Positions 9,899 to 18,598 of a DNA stretch of 64,000 nt are shown here, in pieces. Every line of letters starts with the position of its first letter. Positions within the stretch are counted from its first letter, which is position 1. Source of the stretch: Planktomarina sp. GTDB lineage: Bacteria; Pseudomonadota; Alphaproteobacteria; Rhodobacterales; Rhodobacteraceae. Both the position numbers and the translations under genes were made by a program. The DNA is taken from NCBI RefSeq assembly GCF_016780825.1, contig NZ_JADHLF010000007.1; one strand, given 5' to 3'. The notes under the pieces are model-generated. The model saw only the letters and a list, made by a program, of their open reading frames with translations. It did not search any database and was not told where the DNA came from.

Positions 9899-10888
9899 TT
9901 AATCTTTCACCTCTGTGGGACCGGCCTGCGCGGCCAAAAATGTTTCTAAATCGGCCGGAAAGGGCATGGCCGGCGCGCAGCCAGGCTTGCCCACAACGAT
10001 AGCCGCACAGGCAGAGCCGCGCAGAACCGCATCTTTAAGCGGCAAGCCCTGCGCCAAAGAGGCCAGAAAACCCGCCATAAAACTATCCCCTGCCCCCGTG
10101 GGCTTCAACGCAGTGACCGGGTAAATACCTGTGCGCAATTCTTGATCCCCCGCAAAGGTGATAGCGCCTTTCTCACCCATCTTGTAGATCACAATCTTCG
10201 CAGTGCTCTGCGCCAGAGCGCGCGCCTTGGCCAGACCTTTGTCAATGCCACCGGCCATGAAGCCAAATTCTTCGTCATTGCCCACAATCACATCTGACAG
10301 CGCGCCGGCACGGGACAATACCTCCTCGGCCACCTGCGGCGATGGCCAGCTGTAGGGGCGATAGTCCACATCAAAAATGATCGGCAGCCCGGCCGCGCGG
10401 GCCAGAGCGAAGGCATGGAAGGCCGCAGACCGGCTTGGCTCGGCCGCAAACACCGTTCCCGCTGTCACAAGAGCGCCAAAATCGCCATAATTGACGGCCT
10501 CGGCGTCGGCTGCGGTAAACTGAAAATCAGCGGCGCCATTGCGATAGATCACGCTTTGATGCTCTTTGACGCGCGATTCATAAACGGCCAAAGAGTTGCG
10601 AAACTCGCCGCCAACCGCTTTGACATGGCTGCACTCCACGCCGTAATTTTTCAACTGATTGACACAATAACGCCCAACGCTGTCATCGCTGACAGAGGTC
10701 ACCAGGGCCGCTTTTCCGCCGAGTTTTACAATCCCCACCGCAATATTGGCCGAAGATCCTCCCAAACCGGCGGTGAAAACCTCCGCCTCCTCCGTCTTCG
10801 TTCCCGGCGGATCGGGAAAGAAATCCATCCCCGCGCGGCCAATGACCACAAAATTATTCTGAGCGATACCCGCCAAGAGGTTTTGCAT
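9899..10888 (-). CDS. iolC: 5-dehydro-2-deoxygluconokinase (PfkB family, kinase domain only)
   Basis: IGRAGMDFF, GGSSANIA, FDVDYRP, VGNDEEF and GAGDSF. Start moved to the ATG at 10888, 2 nt after the iolD stop. Confidence 0.9.
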   Translation of the reverse strand: MQNLLAGIAQNNFVVIGRAGMDFFPDPPGTKTEEAEVFTAGLGGSSANIAVGIVKLGGKAALVTSVSDDSVGRYCVNQLKNYGVECSHVKAVGGEFRNSLAVYESRVKEHQSVIYRNGAADFQFTAADAEAVNYGDFGALVTAGTVFAAEPSRSAAFHAFALARAAGLPIIFDVDYRPYSWPSPQVAEEVLSRAGALSDVIVGNDEEFGFMAGGIDKGLAKARALAQSTAKIVIYKMGEKGAITFAGDQELRTGIYPVTALKPTGAGDSFMAGFLASLAQGLPLKDAVLRGSACAAIVVGKPGCAPAMPFPADLETFLAAQAGPTEVKD

Positions 10889-10890
10889 GG

Positions 10891-12762
10891 CTACACCCCG
10901 CGCCGTTGCTTCTCGCGGCCGCTTTCCCAATCCGCATGGGCCTCGCGGACAGACGAATGGGCGCTGACCTGGGGCGTGCCGACTTCCCACCAGCTGTGCC
11001 CCTCAGTGGTCCAGCCCTCATAGGCATCCACATCCATGACGATCACGCTGGTTTTGTCCGCCGCCTTGGCCCGCATAAACGCCTCTGCCAATTGCGCAGG
11101 GTTGGCCACGCGCTCGGCATGCGCCCCCATGGCCGCCGCATGGGCCGTGAAATCAACCGCAAAGGGCGCATCGACCGTTGGGCAATCGGCGATGAGATTG
11201 TTAAAGCTCTCATTTCCTGTGTTATTTTGCAGCTTGTTGATCACCGCAAACCCGCCATTGTCGAGCACCAATATGATCAATTTCTTCCCGGTCAGAACCG
11301 ATGAATAAATATCTGAGTTCATCAGAAGATAGCTGCCATCGCCGGTAAAGACGATGGTGTCTTGCGCAGGTTCACGCTCACTTTGCGCGATTCGGGCGCC
11401 CCAGGCGCCGGCGATTTCATAACCCATGCAGCTGAACCCAAACTCCACATCGACTGTGCCAATATCCAAGGTTCGCCAATTTGCCGTCACCTCTGCGGGC
11501 AAACCGCCTGCCGCTGCAACAACTCGGTCACGCGGATCGCAGAGCGCGTTGACCACACCAATCGCCTGAGCGTAGGAATTGGGACGATTGCCCGGCTTCA
11601 CATTCTGCGCCACGTAGGCGTCCCATTTGCGGCGCTCGCCCTGCGCCTCGGCCAGCCAAGCGGCGGGGGCGCGATAGCTCCCCATATGTTCGGTGAGGGC
11701 CCGAAGCCCCAGTTTGGCATCCCCCACCAAGGGCAGCGCGCGATGCTTGCCCGCATCATGGCGCGCAGTGTTGAGCGAGATAAATTGCGCGTCTTGCGCA
11801 AAGGCCGTCCAAGATCCTGTGGTGAAGTCTTGCAAACGGCTGCCCACCGATAGGATGACATCCGCCCGTTCCGCCAGCCAATTGCCGCTGTCAGAGCCGG
11901 TCACCCCGACCGGCCCCATGTTCAGGGGATGATCGGCCAAGAAATTGGCCCGGCCCGCAATGGTTTCGATCACAGGAATGCCGCAAGTTTCGGCAAAGTC
12001 GGTCAATTCGGCCACAGCCTTCGCATATTGCACCCCGCCGCCTGCGATAATCGCCGGGCGTTTGGCGGCTTTCAGGCGCGCGATCGCATCCTCAAGCTCT
12101 CGCGCATCAGGCATTTGCTGACGAATGCGGTGCACTTTGGGGTCAAAGAAAGACAAAGGGTAATCATAGGTCCAGCCCTGCACATCCTGCGGCAAAGCGA
12201 TAAACGCCGGGCCACAATCGGCCGGATCGAGCATGGTTGCCAAAGCCGCCGGCAGGGTTTGGATCACCTGCGCCGGATGGGTGATACGATCCCAATAGCG
12301 AACCACCGCTTGAAAACTGTCATTGAGCCCAAGCGCCGGATTGCCGAAATGCTCCAACTGTTGCAGCACAGGATCAGGCAGACGGGTCAAAAACGTATCA
12401 CCGCAGAGCATCAGCATCGGCAGGCGGTTGGCATGGCACAGGGCTGCTGCTGTCAAGAGATTGGCGGTGCCGGGCCCTGCCGAAGCTGTACAAATCATGA
12501 ATTTTTGCCGCAGGTGATATTTGGCATAGGCCGCCGCCGCAAACCCCATGCCCTGCTCATTTTGCCCGCGATACAGCGGCAGCACATCGCGATGATCGTA
12601 CAGAGCCTCGCCCAAACACGGCACGTTGCCATGGCCAAAAATGCCAAAGCCCCCGCCACACAGGCGGGTTTTCTCTCCATCAATGTCGATATACTGCGCC
12701 GCCAAATAGCGAATGATGGCCTGTGCGGTGGTCAGGCGAATGGTTTTATCTGCTGTGTCCAC
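10891..12762 (-). CDS. iolD: 3D-(3,5/4)-trihydroxycyclohexane-1,2-dione acylhydrolase (TPP-dependent)
   Basis: TIRLTTAQAII, GIFGHGNV, PDPVLQQLE, EFGFSCMGYEIAG, and the GDGS...DN TPP motif. Confidence 0.95.
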   Translation of the reverse strand: MDTADKTIRLTTAQAIIRYLAAQYIDIDGEKTRLCGGGFGIFGHGNVPCLGEALYDHRDVLPLYRGQNEQGMGFAAAAYAKYHLRQKFMICTASAGPGTANLLTAAALCHANRLPMLMLCGDTFLTRLPDPVLQQLEHFGNPALGLNDSFQAVVRYWDRITHPAQVIQTLPAALATMLDPADCGPAFIALPQDVQGWTYDYPLSFFDPKVHRIRQQMPDARELEDAIARLKAAKRPAIIAGGGVQYAKAVAELTDFAETCGIPVIETIAGRANFLADHPLNMGPVGVTGSDSGNWLAERADVILSVGSRLQDFTTGSWTAFAQDAQFISLNTARHDAGKHRALPLVGDAKLGLRALTEHMGSYRAPAAWLAEAQGERRKWDAYVAQNVKPGNRPNSYAQAIGVVNALCDPRDRVVAAAGGLPAEVTANWRTLDIGTVDVEFGFSCMGYEIAGAWGARIAQSEREPAQDTIVFTGDGSYLLMNSDIYSSVLTGKKLIILVLDNGGFAVINKLQNNTGNESFNNLIADCPTVDAPFAVDFTAHAAAMGAHAERVANPAQLAEAFMRAKAADKTSVIVMDVDAYEGWTTEGHSWWEVGTPQVSAHSSVREAHADWESGREKQRRGV

Positions 12763-12835
12763 AGAACATACTCCGATTTAAATGCAAAAACCCTGGCCCA
12801 TCTTGGCAAGCCGTTTGGGCTTTAGGATACTATTT

Positions 12836-12851
12836 TTGCAACCGGTTGCAA
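12836..12851. promoter_or_regulatory. LacI-family operator overlapping the likely iolD promoter
   Basis: Perfect 16-bp palindrome TTGCAACCGGTTGCAA. On the minus strand it overlaps TTGCAA-N16-TATCCT. Confidence 0.8.
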
Positions 12852-12866
12852 GAGTGGAAGTCGCGC

Positions 12867-14090
12867 CTATTGCCCAGCGCGATACCAAGCGGTCAGAAGC
12901 GCGCGATCCTCTTGCGGAATGTCGGTGATATTGGCCGGCGGCATGGCGTGGCTTACCCCCGCTTGCAAATAGATCGCCCGTGCATTGCGCGCAACATCTG
13001 CGCGGGTTTCAAGCAAGACCCCTTTGGGCGCCCAGCGCAGCCCATCCCATACCGGTGCCCGCGCATGGCACATGGCGCAGCGTCCCTGCACGATTTCATG
13101 CGCCCGTTCAAAGCCCTGCGCCTGCGCAAATCGCAGCTCGTAACCGGTCAAAGGCAGGGCCTCGGCCTCCTCCACATCCCCGTCAAAACCGGGGGCTGAG
13201 GACAGCCAGGCAATGGCGATAAACAATAACACAGTGACCGCCCAGGTCCAATTCGGCCGGCCCTTACGCGCATGCATGGAATTGAAATAATGGCGAATGG
13301 TCACGCCGATCAGAAAAACCAAACAGGCTATGATCCAAGCATTGGGCGTGCCAAACGACAAAGGATAATGGTTCGACAGCATCAAAAAGATCACGGGCAA
13401 AGTGAGATAATTATTATGGGTCGAGCGCAATTTGGCAATTTTGCCATATTTGGCCGCCGGCACCCGCCCCGCTTTCAAATCCGCCACCACGATTCTCTGA
13501 TTGGGCATGATGATCATCGCCACATTGGCCGTCATGATCGTGGCCGTAAAAGCTCCCAAATGCAAAAGCGCCGCGCGGCCGGTGAAAATTTGATTATAGC
13601 CCCAAGACATCGCCACCAAGACCGCAAAGAGCAAAAGCATCAGGAGCGTTGGGCGCTCGCCCAAAGGCGATTTGCACAGGCCGTCATAGATCACCCAGCC
13701 AATCGCCAGAGATCCCGCCGACAAGGCAATCGCCTGCCAGGTGGTGAGATCCATCTTCGCCGGATCAATCAAATAGAGCTCCGAGCCGGCCCAATAGACC
13801 ACCATCAACATGGCCACCCCGGACAGCCAGGTCATGTAGCTCTCCCATTTGAACCAAGTCAGATGCTCTGGCATGGCCTCTGGGGCAATGAGATACTTCT
13901 GGATGTGATAAAATCCACCGCCATGCACCTGCCATTCCTCACCATCGGCGGGACCGTCAATGTTGCGGTTCAATCCCAAATCCAGCGCTATAAAATAGAA
14001 CGAAGAGCCAATCCAAGCCATCGCGGTGATGACATGAAGCCACCGCACGGCAAAGCTGATCCATTCCCAAAATATTGCAGCATCATACAT
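12867..14090 (-). CDS. puuD: Membrane urate hydroxylase with C-terminal cytochrome c domain
   Basis: RWLHVITAMAWIGSSFYF, VHGGGFY, WFKWE, RSTHNNYLTLP and heme motif CAMCH; adjacent to uraH. Confidence 0.9.
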   Translation of the reverse strand: MYDAAIFWEWISFAVRWLHVITAMAWIGSSFYFIALDLGLNRNIDGPADGEEWQVHGGGFYHIQKYLIAPEAMPEHLTWFKWESYMTWLSGVAMLMVVYWAGSELYLIDPAKMDLTTWQAIALSAGSLAIGWVIYDGLCKSPLGERPTLLMLLLFAVLVAMSWGYNQIFTGRAALLHLGAFTATIMTANVAMIIMPNQRIVVADLKAGRVPAAKYGKIAKLRSTHNNYLTLPVIFLMLSNHYPLSFGTPNAWIIACLVFLIGVTIRHYFNSMHARKGRPNWTWAVTVLLFIAIAWLSSAPGFDGDVEEAEALPLTGYELRFAQAQGFERAHEIVQGRCAMCHARAPVWDGLRWAPKGVLLETRADVARNARAIYLQAGVSHAMPPANITDIPQEDRALLTAWYRAGQ

Positions 14091-14101
14091 GATGTGACTC
14101 C

Positions 14102-14455
14102 TTAGCTTCCGCGATAGGTGGAAAACCCATGGGCCGACAAGAGCAGGGGCACATGGTAGTGATCATCTTGCGACATGCCAAACCGAATGGGCACCACATC
14201 TAAGAACAACGGCGCCTGTCCCGCCTGTCCTGTGCGGCGCAGATAATCCCCGGCGTGAAAAACCAGCTCATACTGCCCAAGGGCGAAGGTCTCTTTCGAC
14301 AGGATCGGACTGTCCGTGCGCCCATCGGCATTGGTCACCGCTTCACCCAGCTTGACCGCTTGGCCGTTGTCATAGCGAAACAGCTCAATTTGAATCCCGG
14401 CGGCCGGACAGCCTTTGGCCGTGTCTAAAACATGTGTGGTCAAAAATCCATTCAT
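14102..14455 (-). CDS. uraH: 5-hydroxyisourate hydrolase
   Basis: LTTHVLDT, TNADGR, HYHVPLL and C-terminal YRGS. Confidence 0.97.
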   Translation of the reverse strand: MNGFLTTHVLDTAKGCPAAGIQIELFRYDNGQAVKLGEAVTNADGRTDSPILSKETFALGQYELVFHAGDYLRRTGQAGQAPLFLDVVPIRFGMSQDDHYHVPLLLSAHGFSTYRGS

Positions 14456-14529
14456 GATCTATTCCTTTTTTGCTTCCCTAATCTCTGCGCAAAAAATAAG
14501 CAAAGGGAAAGCCCAAGATGGAGAAAATT

Positions 14530-15930
14530 ATGAAACGTTACCCACGCGATATGTCCGGATATGGCCCAACCCCTCCCGCAGCGCAGTGGCCAGGAGGCGC
14601 CAAAATTGCGGTTCAATTGGTGCTGAACTATGAAGAGGGCGGCGAAAACAACATATTGCATGGGGATGCCGCCTCTGAAGCCTTTTTGTCAGAGATCGTC
14701 GGCGCAGCCGCCTGGCCCGGTCAGCGCCATTGGAACATGGAAAGCATCTATGAATACGGCGCGCGCGCAGGATTTTGGCGGCTGCATCGCATGCTCAAAG
14801 ACCTGCCCATCACCGTTTACGGTGTGGCCACCGCCTTGGCCCGCGCGCCAGAGCAACTGGCTGCGATGAAATCCGCCGGATGGGAGATCGCCAGCCACGG
14901 GCTCAAATGGATCGAATATAAAGATGCCACCCCCGAAGATGAGGCCGCCGATATGGCGGAGGCCATCCGCCTGCACACAGAGGTCGTGGGCACCCCCCCG
15001 CGCGGCTGGTATACGGGGCGCTGCTCGGAGCACACCGTCCGCTTGGCCGCACAAACCGGGCAATTTGCCTATGTGGCCGACAGCTATGCCGATGATCTTC
15101 CCTATTGGATGGAATTTAAGGCGCGCGATCAGTTGATTGTGCCCTATACACTCGACGCCAATGATATGCGCTTTGCAACCCCGCAGGGCTTTAACGCGGG
15201 CGATCAATTTTTCAGCTACCTCAAAGACAGTTTCGACACGCTCTACGCAGAGGGCGGGCGCATGATGTCCATTGGCCTGCACTGCCGCCTGATCGGCCGG
15301 CCAGGCCGCGCCGCCGCGCTGCAACGTTTCATTGACTATGTGCAAAGCCATGAGGGCGTCTGGTTCGCCACCCGCGAGGCCATTGCCGACCATTGGACCC
15401 AAACCCACCCCCACAGGCGCCAAATGCGCCCCAGTGGCCTGTCCCGAGAGGCGTTCATAGCCGCCTATGGCGGAATCTTTGAGCATTCGGCCTGGGTCGC
15501 AGAGCGGGCGCATCGGCTGGAACTTGGCCCCATGCATGACACTGCGACCGGATTGCACAACGCCCTCTGCCGCGCCTTTCGCTCGGCCAGCCCCGAGCGG
15601 CGCCTGGGCGTGCTCACCGCCCATCCAGATTTGGCTGGAAAACTGGCGGCCGCAAAACGCCTGACCGCGGAAAGCACCGCAGAGCAGGCCAGCGCAGGGC
15701 TGGACGCGCTGACCGACGACGAACGTAAGCGCTTCACGGCGCTCAACGACGCCTATGTGCAAAAACACGGATTTCCCTTTATCATCGCAGTAAGGGATCA
15801 CAGCAAAGCCAGCATCCTTGCCGCCTTTGAACAGCGCATCACCCATGATCGCGAGACCGAATTTGCCGAAGCCTGCCGCCAAGTGGAGCGCATCGCAGAA
15901 TTCCGCCTGCGCGATCTGCTGCCGCGCTGA
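14530..15930 (+). CDS. puuE: Allantoinase PuuE fused to OHCU decarboxylase (UraD)
   Basis: N-terminal RYPRDM.GYG, NYEEGGE, ESIYEYGARAG, GLHCRLIGRPGR. C-terminal IFEHSAW, HPDLAG, STAEQASAGL, GFPFIIAV. Confidence 0.93.
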   Translation: MKRYPRDMSGYGPTPPAAQWPGGAKIAVQLVLNYEEGGENNILHGDAASEAFLSEIVGAAAWPGQRHWNMESIYEYGARAGFWRLHRMLKDLPITVYGVATALARAPEQLAAMKSAGWEIASHGLKWIEYKDATPEDEAADMAEAIRLHTEVVGTPPRGWYTGRCSEHTVRLAAQTGQFAYVADSYADDLPYWMEFKARDQLIVPYTLDANDMRFATPQGFNAGDQFFSYLKDSFDTLYAEGGRMMSIGLHCRLIGRPGRAAALQRFIDYVQSHEGVWFATREAIADHWTQTHPHRRQMRPSGLSREAFIAAYGGIFEHSAWVAERAHRLELGPMHDTATGLHNALCRAFRSASPERRLGVLTAHPDLAGKLAAAKRLTAESTAEQASAGLDALTDDERKRFTALNDAYVQKHGFPFIIAVRDHSKASILAAFEQRITHDRETEFAEACRQVERIAEFRLRDLLPR

Positions 15931-15996
15931 AGCCTCAAGAAGACCCCTGCATAACGCAGCCGGCCTTTGAAATGGCTTTGCTCAGAGGTCTTTCAA

Positions 15997-16025
15997 GCTC
16001 TGACCTGCCTTGCGTGGGTCAGAGC
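15997..16025. terminator. Hairpin between convergent puuE and ureide cupin genes
   Basis: GCTCTGACC pairs with GGTCAGAGC in a 9-bp perfect stem. The U-tract is weak. Confidence 0.45.
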
Positions 16026-16026
16026 G

Positions 16027-16851
16027 CTAAAGGCCCAGCGGCATATGGCGGTTGACGTCTTTGTAAAGCAAATAGCGAAACACCCCTGGACCGCCCGCAT
16101 AGCAGGCTTGCGGGCAAAAGGCGCGCAACCACATGAAATCGCCGGCTTCCACTTCGACCCAATCTTGATTCAGCTTATAGACAGCTTTTCCTTCTAGCAC
16201 ATAAAGCCCGTGCTCCATGACGTGGGTCTCTTCAAAAGGGATCACCCCGCCCGGCTGAAAGGTCACGATATTGACATGCATGTCATGGCGCAGATCGTCA
16301 GGTTCCACAAAGCGCGTGGTGCCCCATGCCCCATTGGTATCGGGCATCAATTGCAGCTCATGATCGGCCTCATGGGTGACAAAAGCCTCGGGTCGCGCGA
16401 TCCCCTCAACCGGCACATAGAGCTTACGGATCCAATGAAACCTTAGGCACTCCTCAGGCGCCTCCAGCCGCCATTGCAACCCGCTGGGAATATAGGCATA
16501 GCTGCCCGCCCGCAAACCATGCGCCTGCCCGTCCAGATGCAGCACGCCCGCACCCTGGGTGACAAAAAGCACCGATTGCGCCCGGGCCTCCATATCCGGT
16601 TTATCGCTGCCACCACCAGGAGAGACTTCCATGATATATTGCGAAAAAGTCTCAGCAAATCCGCTCAAGGGACGTGCCAAAACCCACGCGCGTGTTTTGT
16701 GCCAATGGGGCAAAAAGCTGGTGACGATGTCGCGCATCGTGCCCCTGGGGATGACCGCATAGGCCTCTGTAAAGACCGCGCGCTGGGTCATGGTCTCCTT
16801 CTGACTCGGCAGGCCACCGATCGGGAAATAATATTTTTGCGTGTCACCCAT
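16027..16851 (-). CDS. (S)-ureidoglycine aminohydrolase / bifunctional allantoicase (bicupin)
   Basis: RAVFTEAYAVIP, ETHVMEHGLYVLEG and WLRAFCPQACY motifs; purine cluster context. Confidence 0.88.
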   Translation of the reverse strand: MGDTQKYYFPIGGLPSQKETMTQRAVFTEAYAVIPRGTMRDIVTSFLPHWHKTRAWVLARPLSGFAETFSQYIMEVSPGGGSDKPDMEARAQSVLFVTQGAGVLHLDGQAHGLRAGSYAYIPSGLQWRLEAPEECLRFHWIRKLYVPVEGIARPEAFVTHEADHELQLMPDTNGAWGTTRFVEPDDLRHDMHVNIVTFQPGGVIPFEETHVMEHGLYVLEGKAVYKLNQDWVEVEAGDFMWLRAFCPQACYAGGPGVFRYLLYKDVNRHMPLGL

Positions 16852-17046
16852 GGGATATCCTTTCAAGACAGATCAATTCCTAACGCCAAACTGCGCAAAG
16901 AAAAAGCCCTACTGATGCGCGCCGCCGCTCAAACAATGGTGCAAAAATGCAAAAACACGCTTGGTCGGAAAACATATATAGTTTGTCCGATTTCAACCTG
17001 AATTCGCGCGCTGGATTGGCCACATTTGCCGCAAGGAGTCCGAGCG

Positions 17047-18297
17047 ATGCGCTATTCAGCCCTCAGAGTAATAAAAGAAGCTCTTACCGGCCACAAAGGC
17101 TGGACGCCCGCTTGGCGGGACGTGACCCCGCAAGCACATTATGACTACATCGTCATCGGTGGCGGCGGGCATGGATTGGCGACCGCCTATTATCTCGCGC
17201 GCAACCATGGGGCCAAGAAGGTGGCTGTCTTGGAAAAGGGCTGGATTGGCGGCGGCAATGTCGGGCGCAACACCACGATCATTCGGTCCAACTATCTGCT
17301 TGATGGCAATGAGCCATTTTACGAGCATTCGCTCAAGCTCTGGGAGGGGTTGGAGCAGGATTTGAATTACAACGCGATGGTCAGCCAGCGCGGCATTCTC
17401 AATCTCATCCACTCAGACGCGCAGCGCGACGCCTTCACGCGGCGCGGCAATGCGATGATTCTCAATGGGGCGGATGCGGATTTACTCTCCACGAAAACCA
17501 TTCAAAAGCGCTACCCTTTCCTCAATGTGGACAACGCCCGCTTCCCCATCAAAGGCGGTCTGGCCCAGCATCGCGGCGGCACCGTGCGCCACGATGCAGT
17601 GGCCTGGGGCTATGCGCGCGCGGCGGATCAATTGGGGGTGGACATCATCCAAAATTGCGAAGTCACCGGCTTTCGCATTGAGGGCGGTAAATGCCTGGGC
17701 GTGGACACCAGCCGCGGCTATATCGCAGGCGGCAAAATCGCAGCCTGTGTCGCCGGATCCTCGGGACGCTTGATGTCAAAAGCGGGCATGCGCCTGCCCA
17801 TCGAAAGCCATGTTCTGCAAGCCTTCGTCTCCGAAGGGCTGAAACCAGTGCTGCCCGGTGTCATCACCTTTGGGGCGGGGCATTTTTATTGCAGCCAATC
17901 GGATAAGGGCGGATTGGTCTTTGGCGGCGATATAGACGGTTATAATTCCTACGCCCAGCGCGGAAACCTGCCTGTTGTTGAAGATGTTTGCGAAGGGGCA
18001 ATGGCCATATTCCCCATGCTCGGCCGTGTGCGTCTTCTGCGCATGTGGGGCGGTATTATGGATATGTCGATGGATGGCTCGCCCATCATAGACCGCACCC
18101 ATATTGACAGGCTCTATTTCAACGGCGGTTGGTGCTATGGCGGCTTCAAGGCCACGCCGGCCTCTGGCTGGTGCTATGCCCATCTTTTGGCCACGGATGC
18201 CCCGCATGAATTTGCCAAGGCCTACCGCTTTGACAGGTTCGAAAAGGGGCAGATGATTGATGAAAAAGGCGTGGGCAACAACCCGCAGCTGCATTAG
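17047..18297 (+). CDS. soxB: Sarcosine oxidase-family beta subunit (SoxB or MgdA)
   Basis: GGGGHGLATAYYLA, GRNTTIIRSNY, RHDAVAW (covalent FMN His) and GGFKATP. Confidence 0.9.
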   Translation: MRYSALRVIKEALTGHKGWTPAWRDVTPQAHYDYIVIGGGGHGLATAYYLARNHGAKKVAVLEKGWIGGGNVGRNTTIIRSNYLLDGNEPFYEHSLKLWEGLEQDLNYNAMVSQRGILNLIHSDAQRDAFTRRGNAMILNGADADLLSTKTIQKRYPFLNVDNARFPIKGGLAQHRGGTVRHDAVAWGYARAADQLGVDIIQNCEVTGFRIEGGKCLGVDTSRGYIAGGKIAACVAGSSGRLMSKAGMRLPIESHVLQAFVSEGLKPVLPGVITFGAGHFYCSQSDKGGLVFGGDIDGYNSYAQRGNLPVVEDVCEGAMAIFPMLGRVRLLRMWGGIMDMSMDGSPIIDRTHIDRLYFNGGWCYGGFKATPASGWCYAHLLATDAPHEFAKAYRFDRFEKGQMIDEKGVGNNPQLH

Positions 18298-18310
18298 GAG
18301 CGCAAGAGAT

Positions 18311-18598
18311 ATGATTATCAACCACCCGCTTCTTGGTCCACGCGACAGCGCAGAGTTCACCTATATGGGAGATGCCAAGCTCATCGACCGCCCCGATTGG
18401 CAAGACCCGGAGGCTTTGGCGAAATTTATTGACTATGGCTATATGCGCGACAATCCAGACGGGGTGCATCGTGAGCTTTGGTATCACGAGCAGGGCGATC
18501 GCTCCTTCCTTGTGATCACCCGCGACACGAGCACCCATGAAATTTCCGCTGTGGAGCTGGCCCGCGATGTCGCCCGAAGCCGAGGTCGGAGCACATGA
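18311..18598 (+). CDS. soxD: Sarcosine oxidase-family delta subunit, Cys-free variant
   Basis: GPRD..EF, YMRDNP.G...ELWYH and ITRDT.THEI; lies between the beta and alpha genes. Start at ATG 18311. Confidence 0.85.
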   Translation: MIINHPLLGPRDSAEFTYMGDAKLIDRPDWQDPEALAKFIDYGYMRDNPDGVHRELWYHEQGDRSFLVITRDTSTHEISAVELARDVARSRGRST

